Of a DNA stretch of 64,000 bases, positions 24,101 to 37,706 are shown piece by piece (positions within the stretch are counted from its first letter, which is position 1; each line of letters begins with the position of its first letter). Position numbers and translations under genes: made by a program. The notes below the pieces were generated by a model. That model was given only the letters and a program-made list of their open reading frames with translations, searched no databases and had not been told where the DNA came from. The DNA comes from Eledone cirrhosa (Eukaryota), in contig OZ024748.1 of assembly GCA_964016885.1 (NCBI GenBank), positions 23,188,001-23,252,000 of the forward strand, given 5' to 3'.

Positions 24101-27100
24101 TGGTGGTGGCGGCTGTAGTGGTTGTATTTGTGGTGGTGGTGGTGGTGGCGGCTGTAGTGGTTGTATTTGTGGTGGCGGCTGTAGTGGTTGTATTTGTGGT
24201 GGTGGTGGTGGCGGCTGTAGTGGTTGTATTTGTGGTGGTGGTGGTGGTGGTGGCTGTAGTGGTTGTTATTGTGGTGGTGGTGGTGGTGGCGGCTGTAGTG
24301 GTTGTATTTGTGGTGGTGGTGGTGGCGGCTGTAGTGGTTGTATTTGTGGTGGTGGTGGTGGTGGCGGCTGTAGTGGTTGTTATTGTGGTGGTGGTGGTGG
24401 CTGTAGTGGTTGTATTTGTGGTGGTGGTGGTGGTGGCGGCTGTAGTGGTTGTTATTGTGGTGGTGGTGGCGGCTGTAGTGGTTGTATTTGTGGTGGTGGT
24501 GGTGGCTGTAGTGGTTGTATTTGTGGTGGTGGTGGCTGTAGTGGTTGTATTTGTGGTGGTGGTGGTGGTGGCGGCTGTAGTGGTTGTTATTGTGGTGGTG
24601 GTGGCGGCTGTAGTGGTTGTATTTGTGGTGGTGGTGGTGGCTGTAGTGGTTGTATTTGTGGTGGTGGTGGCTGTAGTGGTTGTATTTGTGGTGGTGGTGG
24701 TGGTGGCGGCTGTAGTGGTTGTATTTTTGGTGGTGGTGGTGGCTGTAGTGGTTGTTATTGTGGTGGTGGTGGTGGTGGCGGCTGTAGTGGTTGTATTTGT
24801 GGTGGTGGTGGAGGCTGTAGTGGTTGTATTTGTGGTGGTGGTGGTGGAGGCTGTAGTGGTTGTATTTGTGGTGGTGGTGGCGGCTGTAGTGGTTGTATTT
24901 GTGGTGGTGGTGGTGGCTGTAGTGGCTGTATTTGTGGTGGCGGCGGCTGTAGTGGTTGTATTTGTGGTGGTGGTGGCTGTAGTGGCTGTATTTGTGGTGG
25001 TGGCGGCTGTAGTGGCTGTATTTGTGGTGGTGGTGGCTGTAGTGGTTGTATTTGTGGTGGTGGTGGTGGCTGTAGTGGTTGTATTTGTGGTGGTGGTGGC
25101 GGCTGTAGTGGTTGTATTTGTGGTGGTGGTGGCTGTAGTGGTTGTATTTGTGGTGGTGGTGGCGGCTGTAGTGGTTGTATTTGTGGTGGTGGTGGTGGCT
25201 GTAGTGGCTGTATTTGTGGTGGCGGCGGCTGTAGTGGTTGTATTTGTGGTGGTGGTGGTGGCGGCGGCTGTAGTGGTTGTATTTGTGGTGGTGGTGGTGG
25301 AGGCTGTAGTGGTTGTATTTGTGGTGGTGGTGGCGGCTGTAGTGGTTGTATTTGTGGTGGTGGTGGTGGTGGCTGTAGTGGCTGTATTTGTGGTGGTGGT
25401 GGTGGCTGTAGTGGTTGTATTTGTGGTGGTGGTGGCGGCTGTAGTGGTTGTATTTGTGGTGGTGGTGGTGGCTGTAGTGGTTGTATTTGTGGTGGTGGTG
25501 GCGGCTGTAGTGGTTGTATTTGTGGTGGTGGTGGCTGTAGTGGTTGTATTTGTGGTGGTGGTGGCGGCTGTAGTGGTTGTATTTGTGGTGGTGGTGGCGG
25601 CGGCTGTAGTGGTTGTATTTGTGGTGGTGGTGGTGGAGGCTGTAGTGGTTGTATTTGTGGTGGTGGTGGTGGCTGTAGTGGTTGTATTTGTGGTGGTGGT
25701 GGTGGTGGCAGTAGTGTTTGTATTTGTGGTGGTGGTGGTGGCTGTAGTGGTTGTATTTGTGGTGGTGGTGGTGGTGGCTGTAGTGGTTGTATTTGTGGTG
25801 GTGGTGGTGGCTGTAGTGGTTGTATTTGTGGTGGTGGTGGTGGCGGCTGTAGTGGTTGTATTTGTGGTGGTGGTGGTGGCTGTAGTGGTTGTATTTGTGG
25901 TGGTGGTGGTGGCGGCTGTAGTGGTTGTATTTGTGGTGGTGGTGGCGGCTGCAGTGGTTGTATTTGTGGTGGTGGTGGCTGTAGTGGTTGTATTTGTGGT
26001 GGTGGTGGTGGCTGTAGTGGTTGTATTTCTGGTGGTGGTGGCGGCTGTAGTGGTTGTATTTGTGGTGGTGGTGGTGGCGGCTGTAGTGGTTGTATTTGTG
26101 GTGGTGGTGGCGGCTGCAGTGGTTGTATTTGTGGTGGTGGTGGCTGTAGTGGTTGTATTTGTGGTGGTGGTGGTGGCTGTAGTGGTTGTATTTGTGGTGG
26201 TGGTGGCGGCTGTAGTGGTTGTATTTGTGGTGGTGGTGGCGGCTGCAGTGGTTGTATTTGTGGTGGTGGTGGCTGTACTGGTTGTATTTGTGGTGGTGGT
26301 GGCGGCTGTAGTGGTTGTATTTGTGGTGGTGGTGGCGGCTGTAGTGGTTGTATTTGTGGTGGTGGTGGTGGTGGCGGCTGTAGTGGTTGTATTTGTGGTG
26401 GTGGTGGTGGCTGTAGTGATTGTATTTGTGGTGGTGGTTGCGGCTGTAGTGGTTGTATTTGTGGTGGTGGTGGCGGCTGTAGTGGTTGTATTTGTGGTGG
26501 TGGTGGCGGCTGTAGTGGTTGTATTTGTGGTGGTGGTGGTGGTGGCGGCTGTAGTGGTTGTATTTGTGGTGGTGGTGGCGGCTGTAGTGGTTGTATTTGT
26601 GGTGGTGGTGGCGGCTGTAGTGGTTGTATTTGTGGTGGTGGTGGCGGCTGTAGTGGTTGTATTTGTGGTGGTGGTGGTGGCGGCTGTGGTGGTTGTATAT
26701 GTGGTGGTGGTGGTGGCGGCTGTAGTGGTTGTATTTGTGGTGGTGGTGGCGGCTGTAGTGGTTGTATTTGTGGTGGTGGTTGCGGCTCTAGTGGTTGTAT
26801 TTGTGGTGGTGGTGGCGGCTGTAGTGGTTGTATTTGTGGTGGTGGTGGCGGCTGTAGTGGTTGTATTTGTGGTGGTGGTGGTGGCGGCTGTGGTGGTTGT
26901 ATATGTGGTGGTGGTGGTGGCGGCTGTAGTGGTTGTATATGTGGTGGTGGTGGTGGTGGCGGCTGTAGTGGTTGTATTTGTGGTGGTGGTGGTGGCGGCT
27001 GTGGTGGTTGTATATGTGGTGGTGGTGGTGGCGGCTGTAGTGGTTGTATTTGTGGTGGTGGTGGCGGTTGTAGTGGTTGTATTTGTGGTGGTGGTTGCGG

Positions 27101-30100
27101 CTGTAGTGGTTGTATATGTGGTGGTGGTGGTGGCGGCTGTAGTGGTTGTATATGTGGTGGTGGTGGCGGCTGTAGTGGTTGTATTTGTGGTGGTGGTGGC
27201 GGCTGTAGTGGTTGTATATGTGGTGGTGGTGGTGGCGGCTGTAGTGGTTGTATATGTGGTGGTGGTGGCGGCTGTAGTGGTTGTATTTGTGGTGGTGGTG
27301 GCGGCTGTAGTAGTTGTATTTGTGGTGGTGGTGGTGGTGGCGGCTGTAGTGGTTGTATATGTGGTGGTGGTGGCGGCTGTAGTGGTTGTATATGTGGTGG
27401 TGGTGGTGGTGGCTGTAGTGGTTGTATTTGTGGTGGTGGTGGAGGCTGTAGTGGGTGTATTTGTGGTGGTGGCGGCTGTAGTGGTTGTATTTGTGGTGGT
27501 GGTGGCGGCTGTAGTGGTTGTATTTGTGGTGGTGGTGGCGGCTGTAGTAGTTGTATTTGTGGTGGTGGTGGTGGTGGCGGCTGTAGTGGTTGTATTTGTG
27601 GAGGTGGTGGCGGCTGTAGTAGTTGTATTTGTGGTGGTGGTGGTGGTGGCGGCTGTAGTGGTTGTATTTGTGGTGGTGGTGGTGGTTGTAGTGGTTGTAT
27701 TTGTGGTGGAGGTGGTGGCTGTAGTGGTTGTATTTGTGGTGGTGGAGGTGGCTGTAGTGGTTGTATTTGTGGTGGTGGCGGCTGTAGTGGTTGTATTTGT
27801 GGTGGTGGCGGTGGCTGTAGTGGTTGTATTTGTGGTGGTGGCGGCTGTAGTGGTTGTATTTGTGGTGGTGGTGGTGGCTGTAGTGGTTGTATTTGTGGTG
27901 GTGGTGGTGGCTGTAGTGGTTGTATTTGTGGTGGTGGCGGCTGTAGTAGTTGTATTTGTGGTGGTGGTGGTGGTGGCTGTAGTGGTTGTATTTGTGGTGG
28001 TGGCGGCTGTAGTGGTTGTATTTGTGGTGGTGGTGGCGGCTGTAGTGGTTGTATTTGTGGTGGTGGTGGCGGCTGTAGTAGTTGTATTTGTGGTGGTGGT
28101 GGTGGTGGCGGCTGTAGTGGTTGTATTTGTGGTGGTGGTGGTGGCTGTAGTGGTTGTATTTGTGGTGGTGGTGGTGGTGGCGGCTGTAGTGGTTGTATTT
28201 GTGGTGGTGGTGGTGGTGGCGGCTGCAGTGGTTGTATTTGTGGTGGTGGTGGCGGCTGTAGTGGTTGTATTTGTGGTGGTGGTGGCGGCTGTAGTGGTTG
28301 TATTTGTGGTGGTGGTGGTGGTGGCGGCTGCAGTGGTTGTATTTGTGGTGGTGGTGGCGGCTGTAGTGGTTGTATTTGTGGTGGTGGTGGTGGCTGTAGT
28401 GGTTGTATTTGTGGTGGTGGTGGTGGTGGCGGCTGCAGTGGTTGTATTTGTGGTGGTGGTGGCGGCTGTAGTGGTTGTATTTGTGGTGGTGGTGGTGGCT
28501 GTAGTGGTTGTATTTGTGGTGGTGGTGGTGGTGGTGGCTGTAGTGGTTGTATTTGTGGTGGTGGTGGTGGTGGCGGCTGCAGTGGTTGTATTTGTGGTGG
28601 TGGTGGCGGCTGTAGTGGTTGTATTTGTGGTGGTGGTGGTGGTGGCGGCTGTAGTGGTTGTATTTGTGGTGGTGGTGGTGGTGGCGGCTGTAGTGGTTGT
28701 ATTTGTGGTGGTGGTGGTGGTGGCGGCTGCAGTGGTTGTATATGTGGTGGTGGTGGTGGTGGCGGCTGTAGTAGTTGTATTTGTGGTGGTGGTGGCGGCT
28801 GTAGTGGTTGTATTTGTGGTGGTGGTGGTGGTGGCGGCTGTAGTGGTTGTATTTGTGGTGGTGGTGGTGGTGGCGGCTGCAGTGGTTGTATATGTGGTGG
28901 TGGTGGTGGTGGCGGCTGTAGTAGTTGTATTTGTGGTGGTGGTGGTGGTGGCGGCTGTAGTGGTTGTATTTGTGGTGGTGGTGGTGGTGGCGGCTGTAGT
29001 GGTTGTATTTGTGGTGGTGGTGGTGGTGGCGGCTGCAGTGGTTGTATATGTGGTGGTGGTGGTGGCGGCGGCTGCAGTGGTTGTATATGTGGTGGTGGTG
29101 GTGGTGGCGGCTGTAGTAGTTGTATTTGTGGTGGTGGTGGTGGTGGCGGCTGTAGTGGTTGTATTTGTGGTGGTGGTGGTGGTGGCGGCTGTAGTGGTTG
29201 TATCTGTGGTGGTGGTAGTGGTGGCGGCTGCAGTGGTTGTATATGTGGTGGTGGTGGTGGTGGCGGCTGTAGTAGTTGTATTTGTGGTGGTGGTGGCGGC
29301 TGTAGTGGTTGTATTTGTGGTGGTGGTGGTGGTGGCGGCTGTAGTGGTTGTATTTGTGGTGGTGGTGGTGGTGGCGGCTGCAGTGGTTGTATTTGTGGTG
29401 GTGGTGGCGGCTGTAGTGGTTGTATTTGTGGTGGTGGTGGTGGTGGCGGCTGTAGTAGTTGTATTTGTGGTGGTGGTGGTGTTGGCGGCTGTAGTAGTTG
29501 TATATGTGGTGGTGGTGGCGGCTGTAGTGGTTGTATTTGTGGTGGTGGTGGTGGTGGCGGCTGTAGTGGTTGTATTTGTGGTGGTGGTGGTGGTGGCGGC
29601 TGCAGTGGTTGTATATGTGGTGGTGGTGGTGGTGGCGGCTGTAGTAGTTGTATTTGTGGTGGTGGTGGCGGCTGTAGTAGTTGTATTTGTGGTGGTGGTG
29701 GTGGCTGTAGTGGTTGTATTTGTGGTGGTGGTGGTGGCGGCTGCAGTGGTTGTATTTGTGGTGGTGGTGGCGGCTGTAGTGGTTGTATTTGTGGTGGTGG
29801 TGGTGGTGGCGGCTGTAGTAGTTGTATTTGTGGTGGTGGTGGTGGCGGCTGTAGTGGTTGTATTTGTGGTGGTGGCGGCTGTAGTGGTTGTATTTGTGGT
29901 GGTGGTGGTGGTGGCGGCAGCAGTGGTTGTATTTGTGGTGGTGGTGGCGGCTGTAGCGTTTGTATTTGTGGTGGTGGTGGTGGCGGCTGCAGTGGTTGTA
30001 TTTGTGGTGGTGGTGGAGGTTGTAGTGGTTGTATTTGTGGTGGTGGTGGCGGCTGTAGTGGTTGTATTTGTGGTGGTGGTGGTGGTGGCGGCTGTAGTGG

Positions 30101-33100
30101 TTGTATTTGTGGTGGTGGCGGCTGTAGTGGTTGTATTTGTGGTGGTGGTGGTGGTGGCGGCTGTAGTGGTTGTATTTGTGGTGGTGGTGGCGGTGGTGGT
30201 GGTGGCGGCTGTAGTGGTTGTATTTGTGGTGGTGGTGGTGGAGGCTGTAGTGGTTGTATTTGTGGTGGTGGTGGTGGCGGCTGTAGTGGTTGTATTTGTG
30301 GTGGTGATGGTGGTGGCTGTAGTGGTTGTATTTGTGGTGGTGGTGGTGGAGGCTGTAGTGGTTGTATTTGTGGTGGTGGTGGTGGCTGTAGTGGTTGTAT
30401 TTGTGGTGGTGGTGGTGGCTGTAGTGGTTGTATTTGTGGTGGTGGTGGTGGTGGTGGCTGTAGTGGTTGTATTTGTGGTGGTGGTGGTGGTGGCGGCTGC
30501 AGTGGTTGTATTTGTGGTGGTGGTGGCGGCTGTAGTGGTTGTATTTGTGGTGGTGGTGGTGGTGGCGGCTGTAGTGGTTGTATTTGTGGTGGTGGTGGTG
30601 GTGGCGGCTGTAGTGGTTGTATTTGTGGTGGTGGTGGTGGTGGCGGCTGCAGTGGTTGTATATGTGGTGGTGGTGGTGGTGGCGGCTGTAGTAGTTGTAT
30701 TTGTGGTGGTGGTGGTGGTGGCGGCTGTAGTGGTTGTATTTGTGGTGGTGGTGGTGGTGGCGGCTGTAGTGGTTGTATTTGTGGTGGTGGTGGTGGTGGC
30801 GGCTGCAGTGGTTGTATATGTGGTGGTGGTGGTGGTGGCGGCTGTAGTAGTTGTATTTGTGGTGGTGGTGGTGGTGGCGGCTGTAGTGGTTGTATTTGTG
30901 GTGGTGGTGGTGGTGGCGGCTGTAGTGGTTGTATTTGTGGTGGTGGTGGTGGTGGTGGCTGCAGTGGTTGTATATGTGGTGGTGGTGGTGGTGGCGGCTG
31001 TAGTAGTTGTATTTGTGGTGGTGGTGGTGGTGGCGGCTGTAGTGGTTGTATTTGTGGTGGTGGTGGTGGTGGCGGCTGTAGTGGTTGTATTTGTGGTGGT
31101 GGTGGTGGTGGCTGCAGTGGTTGTATATGTGGTGGTGGTGGTGGTGGCGGCTGTAGTAGTTGTATTTGTGGTGGTGGTGGCGGCTGTAGTAGTTGTATTT
31201 GTGGTGGTGGTGGCGGCTGTAGTGGTTGTATTTGTGGTGGTGGTGGTGGTGGCGGCTGCAGTGGTTGTATTTGTGGTGGTGGTGGCGGCTGTAGTGGTTG
31301 TATTTGTGGTGGTGGTGGTGGTGGCGGCTGTAGTAGTTGTATTTGTGGTGGTGGTGGTGTTGGCGGCTGTAGTAGTTGTATATGTGGTGGTGGTGGCGGC
31401 TGTAGTGGTTGTATTTGTGGTGGTGGTGGTGGTGGCGGCTGTAGTGGTTGTATTTGTGGTGGTGGTGGTGGTGGCGGCTGCAGTGGTTGTATATGTGGTG
31501 GTAGTGGTGGTGGCGGCTGTAGTAGTTGTATTTGTGGTGGTGGTGGCGGCTGTAGTAGTTGTATTTGTGGTGGTGGTGGTGGTGGCGGCTGTAGTGGTTG
31601 TATTTGTGGTGGTGGTGGTGGTGGCGGCTGCAGTGGTTGTATTTGTGGTGGTGGTGGCGGCTGTAGTGGTTGTATTTGTGGTGGTGGTGGTGGTGGCGGC
31701 TGTAGTAGTTGTATTTGTGGTGGTGGTGGTGGCGGCTGTAGTGGTTGTATTTGTGGTGGTGGCGGCTGTAGTGGTTGTATTTGTGGTGGTGGTGGTGGTG
31801 GCGGCAGCAGTGGTTGTATTTGTGGTGGTGGTGGCGGCTGTAGCGTTTGTATTTGTGGTGGTGGTGGTGGCGGCTGCAGTGGTTGTATTTGTGGTGGTGG
31901 TGGAGGTTGTAGTGGTTGTATTTGTGGTGGTGGTGGCGGTTGTAGTGGTTGTATTTGTGGTGGTGGTGGTGGTGGCGGCTGTAGTGGTTGTATTTGTGGT
32001 GGTGGCGGCTGTAGTGGTTGTATTTGTGGTGGTGGTGGTGGTGGCGGCTGTAGTGGTTGTATTTGTGGTGGTGGTGGCGGTGGTGGTGGTGGCGGCTGTA
32101 GTGGTTGTATTTGTGGTGGTGGTGGTGGAGGCTGTAGTGGTTGAATTTGTGGTGGTGGTGGTGGCGGCTGTAGTGGTTGTATTTGTGGTGGTGATGGTGG
32201 TGGCTGTAGTGGTTGTATTTGTGGTGGTGGTGGTGGAGGCTGTAGTGGTTGTATTTGTGGTGGTGGTGGTGGCTGTAGTGGTTGTATTTGTGGTGGTGGT
32301 GGTGGATGTAGTGGTTGTATATGTGGTGGTGGTGGTGGAGGCTGTAGTGGTTGTATTTGTGGTGGTGGTGGTGGCTGTAGTGGTTGTATTTGTGGTGGTG
32401 GTGGTGGATGTAGTGGTTGTATATGTGGTGGTGGTGGTGGAGGCTGTAGTGGTTGTATTTGTGGTGGTGGTGGTGGCGGCTGTAGTGGTTGTATTTGTGG
32501 TGGTGGTGGCGGCTATAGTAGTTGTATATGTGGTGGTGGCGGTGGCGGCTGTTGTGGTTGTATATGTGGTGTTGATGGTGGCTGTAGTGGTTGTATTTGT
32601 GGTGGTGGTGGCGGTGGTGGTGGTGGTGGCTGTAGTGGTTGTATTTGTGGTGGTGGTGGCGGCTATAGTAGTTGTATATGTGGTGGTGGCGGTGGAGGCT
32701 GTAGTGGTTGTATTTGTGGTGGTGGCGGCTGTAGTGGTTGTATTTGTGGTGGTGGTGGCGGTGGTGGTGGTGGTGGCTGTAGTGGTTGTATTTGTGGTGG
32801 TGGTGGCGGCTGTAGTGGTTGTATTTGTGGTGGTGGTGGTGGTGGTGGTGGCTGTAGTGGTTGTATTTGTGGTGGTGGTGGCGGCTGTAGTGGTTGTATT
32901 TGTGGTGGTGGTGGTGGATGTAGTGGTTGTATATGTGGTGGTGGTGGTGGAGGCTGTAGTGGTTGTATTTGTGGTGGTGGTGGTGGATGTAGTGGTTGTA
33001 TATGTGGTGGTGGTGGTGGAGGCTGTAGTGGTTGTATTTGTGGTGGTGGTGGTGGCTGTAGTGGTTGTATATGTGGTGGTGGTGGTGGAGGCTGTAGTGG

Positions 33101-36100
33101 TTGTATTTGTGGTGGTGGTGGTGGCTGTAGTGGTTGTATTTGTGGTGGTGGTGGTGGTGGATGTAGTGGTTGTATATGTGGTGGTGGTGGTGGAGGCTGT
33201 AGTGGTTGTATTTGTGGTGGTGGTGGTGGCTGTAGTGGTTGTATTTGTGGTGGTGGTGGTGGATGTAGTGGTTGTATATGTGGTGGTGGCGGTGGCGGCT
33301 GTTGTGGTTGTATATATGGTGGTGGTGGTGGTGGCTGTAGTGGTTCTATTTGTGGTGGTGGTGGTAGCTGTAGTGGTTGTATTTGTGGTGGTGGCGGCTG
33401 TAGTGGTTGTATTTGTGGTGGTGGTGGCGGCTGTAGTGTTTGTATTTGTGGTGGTGGTGGCGGCTGTAGTAGTTGTATTTGTGGTGGTGGTGGTGGCTGT
33501 AGTGGTTGTATTTGTGGTGGTGGTGGTGGTGGTGGCTGTAGTGGTTGTATTTGTGGTGGTGGTGGCGGCTGTAGTGGTTGTATTTGTGGTGGTGGTGGCG
33601 GCTGTAGTAGTTGTATTTGTGGTGGTGGTGGTGGTGGCTGTAGTGGTTGTATTTGTGGTGGTGGCGGCGGCTGTAGTAGTTGTATTTGTGGTGGTGGTGG
33701 TGGTGGCGGCTGTAGTAGTTGTATTTGTGGTGGTGGTGGCGGCTGTAGTAGTTGTATTTGTGGTGGTGGTGGTGGTGGCTGTAGTGGTTGTATTTGTGGT
33801 GGTGGTGGTGGTGGCGGCTGCAGTGGTTGTATTTGTGGTGGTGGTGGCGGCTGTAGTGGTTGTATTTGTGGTGGTGGTGGTGGTGGCGGCTGTAGTGGTT
33901 GTATTTGTGGTGGTGGTGGTGGCGGCTGTAGTGGTTGTATTTGTGGTGGTGGTGGTGGCGGCTGTAGTGGTTGTATTTGTGGTGGTGGTGGTGGCGGCTG
34001 TAGTGGTTGTATTTGTGGTGGTGGTGGTGGCGGCGGCTGTAGTGGTTGTATTTGTGGTGGTGGTGGTGGTGGCGGCTGTAGTGGTTGTATTTGTGGTGGT
34101 GGTGGTGGCGGCTGTAGTGGTTGTATTTGTGGTGGTGGTGGTGGTGGCGGCAGCAGTGGCTGTATTTGTGGTGGTGGTGGTGGTGGCGGCTGTAGTGGTT
34201 GTATTTGTGGTGGTGGTGGTGGCGGCTGTAGTGGTTGTATTTGTGGTGGTGGTGGTGGTGGCGGCTGCAGTGGCTGTATTTGTGGTGGTGGTGGTGGCGG
34301 CTGTAGTGGTTGTATTTGTGGTGGTGGTGGTGGTGGCGGCTGCAGTGGCTGTATTTGTGGTGGTGGTGGTGGTGGCGGCTGTAGTGGTTGTATTTGTGGT
34401 GGTGGTGGTGGTGGCGGCTGCAGTGGCTGTATTTGTGGTGGTGGTGGCGGCTGTAGTGGTTGTATTTGTGGTGGTGGTGGTGGTGGCGGCTGTAGTGGTT
34501 GTATTTGTGGTGGTGGTGGTGGTGGCGGCTGTAGTGGTTGTATTTGTGGTGGTGGTGGTGGCGGCTGTAGTGGTTGTATTTGTGGTGGTGGTGGTGGTGG
34601 CGGCTGTAGTGGTTGTATTTGTGGTGGTGGTGGTGGCGGCTGTAGTGGTTGTATTTGTGGTGGTGGTGGTGGTGGCGGCTGCAGTGGCTGTATTTGTGGT
34701 GGTGGTGGCGGCTGTAGTGGTTGTATTTGTGGTGGTGGTGGTGGTGGCGGCTGTAGTGGTTGTATTTGTGGTGGTGGTGGTGGCGGCTGTAGTGGTTGTA
34801 TTTGTGGTGGTGGTGGTGGTGGCGGCTGCAGTGGCTGTATTTGTGGTGGTGGTGGCGGCTGTAGTGGTTGTATTTGTGGTGGTGGTGGTGGTGGCGGCTG
34901 TAGTGGTTGTATTTGTGGTGGTGGTGGTGGTGGCGGCTGTAGTGGTTGTATTTGTGGTGGTGGCGGCTGTAGTGGTTGTATTTGTGGTGGTGGTGGTGGT
35001 GGCGGCTGTAGTGGTTGTATTTGTGGTGGTGGTGGAGGTTGTAGTGGTTGTATTTGTGGTGGTGGTGGTGGCGGCGGCTGTAGTGGTTGTATTTGTGGTG
35101 GTGGTGGTGGCGGCTGTAGTGGTTGTATTTGTGGTGGTGGCGGCTGTAGTGGTTGTATTTGTGGTGGTGGTGGTGGTGGCGGCTGTAGTGGTTGTATTTG
35201 TGGTGGTGGTGGTGGCGGCTGTAGTGGTTGTATTTGTGGTGGTGGTGGTGGTGGCGGCTGTAGTGGTTGTATTTGTGGTGGTGGTGGCGGTGGTGGTGGT
35301 GGCGGCTGTAGTGGTTGTATTTGTGGTGGTGGCGGCTGTAGTGGTTGTATTTGTGGTGGTGGTGGTGGTGGCGGCTGTAGTGGTTGTATTTGTGGTGGTG
35401 GTGGCGGTGGTGGTGGTGGCGGCTGTAGTGGTTGTATTTGTGGTGGTGGTGGCGGCTGTAGTGGTTGTATTTGTGGTGGTGGTGGTGGTGGCGGCAGCAG
35501 TGGTTGTATTTGTGGTGGTGGTGGCGGTGGTGGTGGTGGCGGCTGTAGTGGTTGTATTTGTGGTGGTGGTGGCGGTGGTGGTGGTGGCGGCTGTAGTGGT
35601 TGTATTTGTGGTGGTGGTGGCGGCTGTAGTGGTTGTATTTGTGGTGGTGGTGGCGTCTGCAGTGGTTGTATTTGTGGTGGTGGTGGAGGTTGTAGTGGTT
35701 GTATTTGTGGTGGTGGCGGCTGTAGTGGTTGTATTTGTGGTGGTGGTGGTGGTGGCGGCTGTAGTGGTTGTATTTGTGGTGGTGGTGGCGGTGGTGGTGG
35801 TGGCGGCTGTAGTGGTTGTATTTGTGGTGGTGGTGGCGGCTGTAGTGGTTGTATTTGTGGTGGTGGTGGTGGCGGCTGTAGTGGTTGTATTTGTGGTGGT
35901 GGTGGTGGTGGTGGTGGCTGTAGTGGTTGTATTTGTGGTGGTGGTGGTGGCGGCTGTAGTGGTTGTATTTGTGGTGGTGGTGGTGGCTGTAGTGGTTGTA
36001 TTTGTGGTGGTGGCGGCTGTAGTGGTTGTATTTGTGGTGGTGGTGGTGGTGGCGCCTGTAGTGGTTGTATTTGTGGTGGTGGTGGCGGTGGTGGTGGTGG

Positions 36101-37110
36101 CGGCTGTAGTGGTTGTATTTGTGGTGGTGGTGGCGGCTGTAGTGGTTGTATTTGTGGTGGTGGTGGTGGCGGCTGTAGTGGTTGTATTTGTGGTGGTGGT
36201 GGTGGTGGTGGTGGCTGTAGTGGTTGTATTTGTGGTGGTGGTGGTGGCGGCTGTAGTGGTTGTATTTGTGGTGGTGGTGGTGGCTGTAGTGGTTGTATTT
36301 GTGGTGGTGGTGGTGGTGGTGGCGGCTGTAGTGGTTGTATTTGTGGTGGTGGTGGTGGTGGTGGCGGCTGTAGTGGTTGTATTTGTGGTGGTGGTGGTGG
36401 TGGTGGCGGCTGTAGTGGTTGTATTTGTGGTGGTGGTGGTGGTGGTGGTGGCTGTAGTGGTTGTATTTGTGGTGGTGGTGGTGGCGGCTGTAGTGGTTGT
36501 ATTTGTGGTGGTGGTGGCGGCTGTAGTGGTTGTATTTGTGGTGGTGGTGGTGGTGGTGGTGGCTGTAGTGGTTGTATTTGTGGTGGTGGTGGTGGCTGTA
36601 GTGGTTGTATTTGTGGTGGTGGTGGTGGCGGCTGTAGTGGTTGTATTTGTGGTGGTGGTGGTGGCTGTAGTGGTTGTATTTGTGGTGGTGGTGGTGGATG
36701 TAGTGGTTGTATATGTGGTGGTGGTGGTGGCGGCTGTAGTGGTTGTATTTGTGGTGGTGATGGTGGTGGCTGTAGTGGTTGTATTTGTGGTGGTGGTGGC
36801 GGCTGTAGTGGTTGTATTTGTGGTGGTGGTGGTGGCGGCTGTAGTAGTTGTATTTGTGGTGGTGGTGGTGGCGGCTGTAGTAGTTGTATATGTGGTGGTG
36901 GCGGTGGCGGCTGTTGTGGTTGTATATGTGGTGGTGGTGGTGGTGGCTGTAGTGGTTGTATTTGTGGTGGTGGTGGTGATTGTGGTTGTGGTGGCGGTGA
37001 CTTTACTGGTTGTATTTGTTGTAGTTGTGGTGGTGGCGGCGTCTGTAGTGTTTGTATTTGTGGTGGTGGTGGTGGTGGTGAGGATTGTGGTGGTGGTGGT
37101 GGCGGAGGTG
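12198..37110. repeat. ~25-kb minisatellite, unit (GGT)n-GGC-TGTAGTGGTTGTATWTGT, mostly 27-42 bp, roughly 750-800 units (estimate)
   Basis: Direct reading; all unit lengths are multiples of 3; degenerate at the 3' edge. Source of the 1895-aa, 8312-aa and 1527-aa ORFs. Confidence 0.98.
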
Positions 37111-37420
37111 GCATTAAAGATGGTTTTGATGAATTAGTTTGCTTTGAAAATCGTAAAACGGACGTACAATTAACAGCTATAGATTTTAAAAGCAATTTGT
37201 GTTTCTGTGTGTTTGTGTGTGTATGCATATATTTACTCACGCACACACATGTACATGTGTGTGTATGTGTGTGTGTATATATGTATGTATATAAATAGAA
37301 ATATACTTATATATAAATACCCCGACAATTTATGTATACATTTGTGTAGATATACCTGTAGAATTACATATTTTAATGTATACGCTAATATACCACCATT
37401 TAAACGTAAATGTTTCTGAA

Positions 37421-37706
37421 ATACATACATACATACATACATGCATACATGCATACATACATACATACATACATACATACATACATACATACATACATAC
37501 ACACATGCATATATGCATACATGCATACATACATACATGCATACATACATATATACATACATACATACATACATACATACATACATACATACATGCATAC
37601 ATACATACATACATACATACATACATACATACATGCATACATGCATACATACATGCATACATACATACATACATACATACATACATACATACATACATAC
37701 ATACAC
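37421..37706. repeat. (TACA)n microsatellite
   Basis: Direct reading. Confidence 0.95.

Noticed and set aside
12199-37137. 8312-aa poly-Val ORF
   Set aside because: GTN-rich frame of the minisatellite that can hardly mutate to a stop; common variants are non-synonymous here; implausible protein
32663-37246. Minus-strand Pro/Gln-rich ORF (formin/extensin-like look)
   Set aside because: The same frame is broken many times further along the array (GGCTATAGT and the recurrent TGTTATTGT variants give TAG/TAA); no flanking domain
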